Part shown: positions 51,201 through 61,770 of the stretch, in pieces
Layout of the letters: every line of letters starts with the position of its first letter
How positions within the stretch are numbered: position 1 is the stretch's first letter
Assembly: GCA_046563655.1 (NCBI GenBank)
Contig: CM102285.1
Span: 12,400,001 to 12,464,000, forward strand
Length of the DNA: 64,000 nucleotides
Direction of reading: 5' to 3'
Source of the DNA: Yuukianura sp. NJ FZ-2021
Taxonomy: Eukaryota
Program-made: the position numbers and the translations under genes
Notes under the pieces: generated by a model
Databases searched by the model: none
Seen by the model: only the letters and a program-made list of their open reading frames with translations
Told to the model about the DNA's origin: nothing

Positions 51201-54200
51201 CAGCGAGGCAATAATCAGTGCCTCTGGAGGAAATGAAGACGAGGATGATGACCTACCAATTCGTCTTGAACCGGCAATCTGTCCAACTACCCCGCCTACC
51301 AATGAACGGGCTATGGATGAGGAGGCTGCTGTGGCCGCTGCCAATTTACTTGAAGAGGAGGAGAAGAATAGGAACTGTCTGGTTGAACAGGACAAGGCCA
51401 TTGAGAGTATTCTGATGGAACGAAAGAGTCCGCCAAGAACGCCTGTTCTTGGTACCATTGGTGGATTGGGTCAACTTCAACCGCAAAGGGATTTGGACTC
51501 TGATTATCTCATCAAAGATGAACTAAAGGATGAGACTGCTATTTCACAAGAAGAAACAGAAGATGCTGTGGCAGCACTCCTCAAAAACCTTGGCAATGAC
51601 GATGACATCGAAACGGAAGAGACACTTGAGAAACGTCCTGCGTCACCACCAACCATACGCATAATTGAGGAAGTAGCTTCTCCTGCTCTTTCGTTTAGTG
51701 AACAACAGTCTGTGGGAAGTGAACAGGAAACTCCCATTTGTGGTCCGTCTAACTGGTTCACCTCTGCCTCGCCTACCAAATCCCCAAAGAGTCAAGAGCC
51801 AGAAGATCTTGAGATTCCAGCTGCCTTTGGAAGTGATGCCCCTTTGATTGATGATACTTGCAGATCACCACCGAGGAAAAAGAGATTGACTTGTGAGGAG
51901 GCGTCGCTTCAACTCCACAATGTTTTGGAAATGGCGAAACAAGCAATGGCAGAGTCAAAGAAAATGGAAGAGGAAGTCGTTCCTATTTCACTACCAGTAC
52001 CAAGCATAGATTCACCTTTACCACCTGAGAAACCAACTGGGCCTGTAAATGAAGCTAGTGAGGGCGGAGCTTCTTCTGGAGATGTTTACGATTTTCATGA
52101 TTCGGATGACGAAGGTGTACGAGCTATTCCACCAGCTCCAATGCCACCGCCTGCACCAGCACCAGTAGTATCTCCAGTTGTCAGCGTTCCAGCTCCACTA
52201 ATTATAAATTCGAAACCAGAATCCAAGGCAATCACACCACCAAGAACACGATCGCCGGCATCTTCAGGACTTTTGGAATTGGTAATCGAGAAACTACCAC
52301 TCAATCCACCTCAACCCCAATCGGTATCACAATTTTCACCAAAGGCACGACCGATTCAGCAATTTCCAATCCATGCTCCTTTGCCGCAGCAGTTGAAACC
52401 TATAACCATTGAAGTTCCTGCTGAACCTGCACCGATTCAGGCTTCTGTCACTCCGGTTCGTCCTTTGGTTCCGGTGAAACTTCAAAGCCCAGCAAAAGCT
52501 TCGCCAGTTCCTGTTCAATTTGTACCAACTACACCACCCGTTCCGCTATTGGCAGCGAACAGAACACCGCCAGCTCCTATCCCGGCAGCAGTTCACAAAA
52601 GTAGTATTGACGAGACTATTGAAGATGTTATTCGAAACTTCAAGTTGGCTGAAGTTCCCTATTCAGAGACAGTCCACCCTCTACCAATTCATCCACCAGG
52701 AAGAAAGGGAAAACGAAGGTCCGGGAGCAAAGACTCGGATGAGATTCCCAGCATTCCGGCGAAAAGTCGACAACAGTCACCAACGAGAAGGATTCCAGTT
52801 TCGTCTCATCTTCAACCAATGCCGGTACATGTCCAGAATCAGACTCCGCAGCAGAAGCCACAACCAAAAGTTAACGCAATTCCAATGATTGAGACTCGAA
52901 CTGATAGCCATGGACCATCCATTTCCGAAGGCTATCTGATTGATCCGCAAACAGGTCATCTCACACATAAGTCGGGACAACTTGACGAGGCGCAGTATGT
53001 TCCTGTTTCAGGTCAAGACATGGCCAAAGTACATTACATCCACGGTCCACCACCACCACAAAATCATCTACAGCCAAGGGGTGGGCAAAAGTCAGATTTG
53101 GAAAGAGCGGGATCCGTGGAGAGAATTGCTCCAGAACCTCAACCGTATCAAATTCAGATTCAAAAGAATGAAGGTTTGCCAGCAATTTTGGCACAACAAC
53201 AACAGCATCATATTCTTCAGCAACAAATTCCTGACAGTAACCGAAGACAAAGTCCATCATCCGCTCACACTCCACCGGGAGGACATTTGCAACGTAAGGA
53301 CAGTTTTGGACAAACGAGAGCCTCGCCACCAGTATCAAGTCCTTCATTCAACTTTGCTCCGATGAGAATGCCAACGGTTCAGAGTCCTCCAACAAGCATG
53401 CCAGGACGAATGCAAGGAGTTTATCAAATTCCAACTTCACAACCGGGATATACTTCTCTGATGAGACCACAACAAGATCCTCAAAGTCTCCGACCTCGTC
53501 ATCAGCTTCCGATTGGCCAGCATGTACCATCCCCAGGTCAAATTCAAGCTCAACTGGTCAGAATCCCGCAAATTCCTATGGCCACAACCATTACGAAAGT
53601 GGACGCAAGGAATGATGAACTGCAAAATAGGAAAGCAAGCCTTTCTCAGCCACCATCCACGGTCATTCTAACCACAACAAGCAATGGACCGATCGATATC
53701 ATGTCTGGCGTCCGTCTGTCAGCTCCACACCATCTGCAAGCTAGAGCTCACGTATGTCGTTTTTTCTTGTATCATCTCAGTTTCTACTCTACTACTGTGC
53801 TGTTCATTTCAAAATTTTGACTTTGATCTTACAGGAGGGTTATATCTCCCAAGGGCCGCCGAGAATCGAAATTGGAGGAGGAATCGTGCAACCTGCAGCC
53901 GGAAGTCCCAAGGGAAGAGTCTCTCAACAACACGAACAAGCCCAGCAACAAGCATCTCAACATCGAATGCATCATATTCCATACGAACCTCCAATGGTAT
54001 GTCATTACTTTTTTATTCACAGTTTTTTAACTTTTAAGTTTTGAGTGAATGAGAAAACACGAAATATAATGCAACTGATGGGAATAACTAGGGCGATCCC
54101 ACGTCTCCTGCACCACTGGACTTGGCTCCACCGTCTGCACATAATCACTCCCGGTCCAATAACAATAATAACCCCGTTGCTAAAAACTTAGCCAGAACTA

Positions 54201-55892
54201 ATTCTAATAACTCCGTTTCTTCCCCGTCGCCACCATCGACGCATCATGGTCGGCAGGTATGGTGTTCCTTCTAGCACTCTCCCTGCATTTCCTTTTTGAC
54301 TTGTCTTCGTCTTTGACCCTTAAGATTTTAAGTAATCACTGCATGTCAATTGTTAGCTATCTAAACACTAGTTAGTGCATGAATGTCTGTTTCACTGTAG
54401 TTTGAGTATGTAAGCGGGAATTAACTTTGGTTTTATTTCTAGACGGATGTTAGAGTCATGGCAAGAGCTCCGACCGGGCTGGACAGTCAGTTCTTGGGAT
54501 CTTTACCACATCAAGGAAATCCTTACCTCCCGTACAATATTCCAACTGTAACGAGTATGCCACCGAATCAACATGGGTTCGCAATGCGACCTGGATCTGT
54601 CGATCCGTCGAAACAGCAACAGCCCGAAGTCCCGAAACAATTGGAGAGACCATCAACAGCACATTTAGTTCCTCAACACCTTTCATCTCCACACCTCGGG
54701 GAACGCGGATCAGCAGAAAGTCCGCATTTGGTCCCGATGTATACCTCACGTCATCCAATATATGGAAACAATGGTCACTTGGGAATGGCTCAGCAGGCTC
54801 ATCATAGCCCAATTCCATCCGCTCACCAACACCAGCGGCAGACGTTTACTCATCCGTTTGAATTTGACGAAAACCGAATGTATGCTCGATCACCCGGGTA
54901 TCAAGTACAGATGCATCATGACACTAGAGAACGCGAACCGACAGGCAGAGAAGATGCTCCATTTGCAGCCACTTCTGCACCGCTCCGAAGACCAGAGGAA
55001 ACTCCACCACCAGCTCATGGCTTGGTGCGATATGCGCAACAGCACCAAATGGTTGATCTACCTCCTGCAATTGAACGAGGACGACTTAGCATACAGGCTG
55101 AAAACCAACAACTGCCTCCGCAAGGAGATTTGATGCTAATGTTGCTTCAGGTATAATTATTCACTACGTTTGAGTTTAGATTTACTTAAATGCTAAGTGA
55201 TCTTGTTGTTTTTGCAGCGATACCCAATCGTTTGGCAAGGAATACTCGCACTCAAGAATGATAGTGCTGCATGCCAATTTCATTTCGTGTCTGGAAACAT
55301 GAATGTTGCCACCGATTCGCTACCAACAAATCCTGATGGAACGACCCTCCCACTTCGAATTTCTCAAAGAATGCGACTTGAGACTGTCCAACTTGATGGA
55401 GTCGCAAGGAAATTGCAGGTACGTGTTCATTTATTTTAATTTAAACTTTACGCTTGAGCCTAATAAAGTCTGGAATTGAATAACAACTCAAATATTCCTC
55501 GGTTATGATTGTAGACGGAGCAAGAGCATTGCATGCTGCTCGCCTTACCGTGTGGACGGGATCACTTGGACGTACTACAACATAGCAATAACCTACGAAG
55601 TGGATTTATCACATATCTTCAACTGAAGCAAGCTGCTGGAATTGTGAATGTTCATCATCAGTCATCTGCTGATACGGTATAAACAGTTTTATGAAATTCA
55701 GCAGTTTATTAATTCTGTGCGAGCATTGATTGATTAATTGGCAAATTCTCCTTGAATTTACAGCCATCCTTCGTCATTCACATCTTCCCAGCCTGTGAAT
55801 TTGCAAACGAAAACTTGGCCCGAATAGCACCGGATTTGCTGAATGGCGTTGCCGACATTGCTCACCTTTTGATCGTCATTGCTACGGTGTAA
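21204..55892 (+). CDS. spen: Split ends / SHARP-MINT family transcriptional co-regulator (4 RRMs plus C-terminal SPOC), ~4185 aa, 22 exons
   Basis: Exons: 21204-21286, 32167-32661, 35965-36123, 36202-36411, 37229-37429, 38191-38388, 42330-42710, 43358-43481, 43730-44014, 44290-44552, 44626-45077, 45231-45434, 45524-48256, 48349-49290, 49375-49561, 49638-53751, 53835-53996, 54092-54256, 54443-55150, 55218-55418, 55515-55676, 55764-55892 (12558 nt, in frame). Diagnostic motifs: N-terminal MVRETRHLWIGNLPENVREE; RRM2 NLPSRSSDTSLKDGLYHEYKKHG...QDKLFFG; SPOC RYPIVWQGILALKND...LRISQRMRLE...CMLLALPCG...KQAAGIVNV...HLLIVIATV*. Inclusion of some low-complexity exons is uncertain. Confidence 0.93.
28528..28884. 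repeat. Perfect 73-bp direct duplication flanking a 211-bp MITE-like insert in spen intron 1
   Basis: 28528-28600 is identical to 28812-28884. The insert (28601-28811) carries repeated C(C/A)GGTTAAA-like motifs and an 18-bp palindrome CCGGTTAAATTTAACCGG at 28746-28763. Confidence 0.85.
36417..36580 (+). repeat. Degenerate minisatellite, about 7 copies of core AAAAGTTNNGAC
   Basis: Cores aaaagttgcgac, aaaagttttgac, aaaagttctgac, aaaagttgcgac, aagtgttgcgac, aaaagttgcgat, aaagttgtgac, spaced about 17-33 nt apart, immediately after the spen exon 4 donor. Confidence 0.7.
38046..38170 (+). repeat. Short degenerate tandem repeat (GTGCTGATACT...TTATGGAAGT, ~27-33 nt unit)
   Basis: Three copies of tgtgctgatact and four of ggaagt, just upstream of the spen exon 6 acceptor. 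Confidence 0.6.
42055..42295. mobile_element. Candidate MITE/foldback element in spen intron 6
   Basis: Imperfect ~40-bp terminal inverted repeats (CAAGTTAGCCC...CAGCCCCAAATCGCG from 42069; CGCGATTTGGGGCTG...GGGCTAACTTG ending 42275). Internal 15-bp hairpin (TCATGAGTTTGAGCT / AGCTGAAACTCATGA). Flanking 9-bp direct repeat AACATGGAG at 42055-42063 and 42287-42295. Confidence 0.6.
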
Positions 55893-57766
55893 GAAATGAA
55901 GGGAGCATGTTAGGCGAAGCGAACTGCTACATACAGAAAGATTCAGAATACTCGAGAGAACTAATTGCCATTACCACCAGCTATTTGATTACGCAGTAAG
56001 TCGTACCGGAAAATGTCAAAGGCGGAAGGAGTATGAAGGAAGTTCAAGGATTTCAAGGTTTAAAAGTATTATAAACATTCAATTACATTTACATAAGCAA
56101 CTTCACTCCTTTGTTCTAAATTAATGTCTCAGAAACGTTCTCCATGTGATATCTCTCAAGAAAAATTTAATTACAATTACAGTTAATTCTTAGAGTTAGG
56201 CATTTAGGCTAATCGTTGAGAATGAATTATTTATGCTCTTTGTAAAATTGTCTAGAGGAGGGTTTCCTATATAAAGAGTGTTTGAAGAGAATGGATCCCA
56301 AGGGTACCCCCGTTGGGCCCTTGAAGTCACTCTTCTCTGGTGCGTATAAGGAAAAGATTTACCCTTATTTGGCTCCGACAAGGCTTAGAAGAAGAAAAAG
56401 CAAGCGTCTCTTTACATTATTTCTTTACAATTAATTTAAGGCAAAACCTGCTGACATGTTTAGGCGGATTTAACTTATGTAAGTTAGGGTTAAAGTTATT
56501 TCAAATTTTGATTTAAAAAACTTTAGGGAAGGAAACAACCAACCAACCTAATTGCTCAATTTTACTTTGTCAAAAGTGTTCGATTGAGTGAGCGCATGTG
56601 AAGAAAGAAAGAGGGAGGGTTGAGAGAATTAAATTCAAGTTTTTAGAAAAATTTTGATGAAAATGTTTAAGGGAAGGATTTTGGCTAAACGTGCAATTAT
56701 TTTCGGATATAACTTCTGATCTCCGTTTCTAATAATTGTTCAAAATAATAACTAACTTCAGGTCTTTTTTTGTCGCTAGTAATTCCAAAATTTCGACAGG
56801 CGAAAGGGCCGAAAATTAGAGAAATTTTTTATACCTTGGTAATTCAATAGTTTTAATTTTTTGGTAATTTCTAATGTTGTTCTCTCCTCAAAACCAAAAC
56901 CTATCCGAGTAATTTCCTTCTAAAAATGAAATAAGTAACCATAATATTAGTTTTGCCTGCTCTGCCCCGATGTCAGTTTTACTTTAGACACTATTACCCG
57001 TAGCCTTTTCATTTTTAATAACAATTAACTTTGCTGCAAAGATTTCTGATTAATTAATGCATCCCAATTTTAGAGTTTTAATTAGTAGTTATTCGTCGGA
57101 GATCGTAAAAGAGTTTATTTTTATTATCCATTGTCTTTTTGTTTACAATTCCAAAAGAATTTAGAATCCTCCTGTTCTGCGTAATAGAGTTAAAAGGTGT
57201 GAATGGAAAAACGGAATTTTTGGCAAAAAATGAGATTTAACTACGGTGAAAGCTGAGGATCAGGCGCCTCTACCCCTTTGTTGTTTTTCTAAAAACAAAA
57301 AACCGAATGGGAAAATATCTACAAAATAATTACAGAACTGTTAAGTTAACCTCCCTCCCCAGTAACTCTACTACAATTAATTGTTAACCTGTTTAAGTCC
57401 ATTTACAAACGAGGGACGCTTGTATAGTTGAAAATGATATGGATAGGAAAACATGGTTCACGTTCAATCGTAGGGGTCTCACTTTTAATTTGCTAAGGAT
57501 TTTTAGTTAACTTTGTTAAGTGAACCTTAACAACTTATTACTTTATGAAAATTTATAGAATGCTGAGCTGAACTGATATAACTAAACAAAACATTACAAA
57601 AAATATCCTTCGCTAAAAATTATTTAAAAAATCAAAATGGAAAAACGTTCATTGAATTTATGAATAAATTTGACTCCGCAAATCTTCATTCTTACGCTAT
57701 CATCAACGTCTAATTGATTTCTAAGTTAAGTTGCTACAAACACTTTAGGATGTTTTGTATGGAAAT

Positions 57767-59663
57767 AAGTTTGAATGGAGGAAAAAGTTGAGGGATTAAT
57801 CCATTCAAAAGTCATCACTTTTCGACTCAACTTTTTCATCCCCCTGCAAACACTCATTTTTAGTAGTTTTTCACTTCAAAAAACTTCCACTTTGCAGCGA
57901 TTTCTGTGGCTCCAGCGCTCGGATCTAGTCATACGACATCGTCCTAAACAATTTTATGTCAAAATTTTAAAAAACAAAAAACAAGAAGTACAGAAAAAAA
58001 GCACAGCATCAAAATTTTGACAGCTTGAGGGTGCTTTTCAGAATTTTTTAAAAAATCTACACATTTTTCTGAATTCAGGGGTGTAGAGTAAAATTCTCTA
58101 TGTCTTTCCGTTAAAAAGTTATGAATTTTTAAAGTTTTTTGAATTTTGAAATTAAGTTTGAATGGCGAAAAAGTTGAGGGATTAGCCCATTCAAAAGTCT
58201 TCACTTTTCGACTCAACTTTTTCAACACTCATTTTTAGTAGTTTTTCACTTCAAAAAATTTCCACTTTGCAGTGGTTTCTCTAGCTCCAGCGCTCGGATC
58301 TAGTCATACGACATCGTCCTAAACAATTTGATGTCAAAATTTTAAAAAATAAAAAACAAGAAGTACAGAAAAAAAGTACAGCATCAAAATTTTGACAGCT
58401 TGAGGGTGCTTTTTAGAATTTTTTAAAAATTCTACACATTTTTCTGAATTCAGGTGTGTAGAGTAAAATTCTCTATGTCTTTCCGTTAAAAAGTTATGAA
58501 TTTTTAAAGTTTTTTGAATTTTGAAATTAAGTTTGAATGGCGAAAAAGTTGAGGGATTAGCCCATTCAAAAGTCTTCACTTTTCGACTCAACTTTTTCAA
58601 CACTCATTTTTAGTAGTTTTTCACTTCAAAAAATTTCCACTTTGCAGTGGTTTCTCTAGCTCCAGCGCTCGGATCTAGTCATACGACATCGTCCTAAACA
58701 ATTTGATGTCAAAATTTTAAAAAATAAAAAACAAGAAGTACAGAAAAAAAGTACAGCATCAAAATTTTGACAGCTTGAGGGTGCTTTTTAGAATTTTTTA
58801 AAAAATCTACACATTTTTCTGAATTCAGGGGTGTAGAGTAAAATTCTCTATGTCTTTCCGTTAAAAAGTTATGAATTTTTAAAGTTTTTTGAATTTTGAA
58901 ATTAAGTTTGAATGGCGAAAAAGTTGAGGGATTAGCCCATTCAAAAGTCTTCACTTTTCGACTCAACTTTTTCAACACTCATTTTTAGTAGTTTTTCACT
59001 TCAAAAAATTTCCACTTTGCAGTGGTTTCTCTAGCTCCAGCGCTCGGATCTAGTCATACGACATCGTCCTAAACAATTTGATGTCAAAATTTTAAAAAAT
59101 AAAAAACAAGAAGTACAGAAAAAAAAACACAGCATCAAAATTTTGACAGCTTGAGGGTGCTTTTTAGAATTTTTTAAAAAATCTACACATTTTTCTGAAT
59201 TCAGGGGTGTAGAGTAAAATTCTCTATGTCTTTCCGTTAAAAAGTTATGAATTTTTAAAGTTTTTTGAATTTTGAAATTAAGTTTGAATGGCGAAAAAGT
59301 TGAGGGATTAGCCCATTCAAAAGTCATCAGTTTTCGACTCAACTTTTTCATCCCCCTCCAAACACTCATTTTTGGCAGTTTTTCACTTCGAAAAATTTCC
59401 ACTTTGCAGCGATTTCTGTGGCTCCAGCGCTCGGATCTAGTCATACGACATCGTCCTAAACAATTTGATGTCAAAATTTTAAAAAATAAAAAACAAGAAG
59501 TACAGAAAAAAAGCACACCATCAAAATTTTGACAGCTTGAGGGTGCTTTTTAGAGTTTTTTAAAAATTCTACACATTTTTTTGAATTCAGGCGTGTAGAG
59601 TAAAATTCTCTATCTCTTTCCGTTAAAAAGTTATGAATTTTTAAAGGTTTGGAAATTTAAATT
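57767..59663. repeat. Tandem array of about 5 copies of a 375-387 bp AT-rich unit
   Basis: Anchor AAGTTTGAATGG at 57767, 58154, 58529, 58904 and 59280 (periods 387, 375, 375, 376). The near-identical 89-aa ORFs repeated in the ORF track reflect this array. Confidence 0.95.
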
Positions 59664-60911
59664 TTTTGGGGAGAGATTTTGTATTGGTTTGTGAAGGAAG
59701 CTGCTGGGAAACCATCCGAGCTGACAGGAGATTGTGCGACCCAGAAAGGTTCCTCGCCCTCCCTCTACTTTTTCCCGCAACTCAAACTCCCATACAAAAT
59801 GCAATACAGGAGGAACTTTCCTATCTGCCTCTCTGCTTCGTACAATCTCCGATCTCAATTTCGGCTTTCTCGAACATCTCTCTTGCAAAACTTTCTTTCC
59901 AAAGGGAGAGGGCTTTAAGTTCTTCCACGCTGCCAGCGGCGTCTTCCCTTGTCTTATGGGAATCAAATAGGCTCCAAAAATTCGCAATTTATTCCTTGCA
60001 TCTTTCCCTTAATATTTACTTCCTAAATTCGCAAATTGCTGCCCGTGAGAGGTGCAGCGAGTACTTCGTTTCAACGCAAAGTAAATCAAATCGTTAACTA
60101 CTTGTTTCCTCACTTACAAATTCAAATTTCAAATGAAAACCACTTTAAGAAAAATGGCTGATCAGTGTTCGGAAGCTGACGAGAGCTCTAATTATTGTTC
60201 TAAATTCTTTGTTATCAATAATAAATCAAGTAAAATACACAATCAATTTATTTCGAAATTTATTTATTAAATGTTTCTTAATTCACTTCAACAATTTCCT
60301 CCACGTCAAATTTAAAGATGCTAAAGCAAAACTAGCCTCGACTGTATTACGTAAATTTCAACTGGCGGTTTTGTTGTTCAGTTTAGAGATCATGAGGACA
60401 CTAAAATTTTGAAATTTTTTGATTCAGACGCCAGCTGAAAGTTAAAAACTTGTTTTTCAGGTAGTAAATACATTTTTAACTAATATTAGGACTGTTTGTT
60501 TTTCATGTGGCGTGGAGGGTATTTTTATTTCAATTCGCTAAAATCTTTTTTTCATTTTCTAGCTTAAAACTTCATAAATAATTGCACAAAATAAGAACAG
60601 GAAAACAGGAATTCCTTCGTTTTTATAATTGATTGCTCGACATTGGACATTACCAAATTCAATTAGATTTTTCCTCTACGGGTTTTCTGAAATTTTGAAA
60701 AAAAGAACAAAATTGGTTACTTTCTTGGAACAGGAAAGGAAATTGAAGCCACGGTTTCCTTACTTCGAAGGCCAGCGGCAAGGAACTTCCTCCCTTCATT
60801 TTCTACTTCATAAACAATTGGATCTGGATAGTCGCCAACTTTTATTGAGACCAGTAACAGTTGGACACAATCTAAAAAGTATCTTGAACTTTTAAACAAG
60901 TATCACGCAAC

Positions 60912-61267
60912 ATGGCTTCGACTCAGACAGCCCTTCGAGTTTTGATTCTTGTCACAGGGGCATTCATTTGTAAATGCTAACTTATTTTTGAAAACTGAAC
61001 GTTTTCGAAATGTTATTTTGATTATCCATGTAATTACTTGTAGGCTTTCAAGAAGCAGAAGGTGCCCAGGCGTCATGGCATACGACTGCCTGTGACGGCT
61101 ACTGCTACAACTACAATCCAGGAGGCTGCGCACAATGCTGCGTCGATGGTCGTCTCTACGGTGACTTAACCCGCTTCGGAGACTGTGACAAGTACCAGCG
61201 TTGTCTCTGTTACACCGGGGAAATTCTGAAGGCTGAACGCAAAACTAACAAATACTATAGCGGATAA
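60912..61267 (+). CDS. Small secreted 8-cysteine peptide (defensin/diapausin-like), 93 aa, 2 exons
   Basis: Exons 60912-60969 and 61044-61267, with a 74-nt phase-1 GT-AG intron. Protein: MASTQTALRVLILVTGAFICFQEAEG-AQASWHTTACDGYCYNYNPGGCAQCCVDGRLYGDLTRFGDCDKYQRCLCYTGEILKAERKTNKYYSG*. Signal peptide ends in A-E-G, start context is CAACATGG, and AATAAA lies at 61298-61303. Confidence 0.85.
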
Positions 61268-61770
61268 TACAGATTCAAAATTCTTTGAATTTTACGAAAT
61301 AAACCGTATTTGATTTACAGTTCACATTTTTTATCCCCCTTTTCACTACTCCAAACGGTGGGACACGGTGTGGGTGCTTTCTCCATGTTTTTTCGGTGAA
61401 AGTGGATCGCTTCCTGCTTGGCTTTCTCAATTCCATGCTTTTCCTCCAGTTCCAGCTTTACTTCATGTTTTTTAGGAATCTGAGGAGAAAGGGGGAGCGA
61501 TTTGGGGAGTCCATGTCTCCGCATAAGTGAAAACTATCGATTTCCAACACTGGAAGTTTTGGAGCGATTTGCCTCTCTCGCAACTCATTCCTTCCAGCTC
61601 TCTGCTCCAGTACACAAAGGCTGCTAGAGTCTACGTCGTGGTGCGTGACACGGACTATTGGGGATCCTGGAACCATGGGTGTCCTATTGTCCTCCTCGAC
61701 AACAACTGGTGGACGATTAGCCTAAGTGGCCCACTGTCCAATTCCCCAAGGATTGATGGGAGTGTAAGCC

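Noticed and set aside
45629..53625. Alternative-frame and antisense ORFs within the large spen exons
   Set aside because: Expected shadows of long Ser/Pro-rich coding sequence.
57959..59532. Repeated 89-aa ORFs as a tandem gene family, or the array as CRISPR
   Set aside because: They are translations of an AT-rich tandem repeat, with no unique spacers, no cas genes and a eukaryotic context.
59631..60097. Several overlapping ORFs of 78-143 aa next to the tandem array
   Set aside because: No recognisable domain, splice structure or convincing start in any frame.
6203..61267. Dicer, LysM, F-box and Cys-rich peptide genes as an immune gene cluster
   Set aside because: Adjacency alone is weak evidence in an animal genome, and spen separates them. 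Synteny or co-expression data would be needed.
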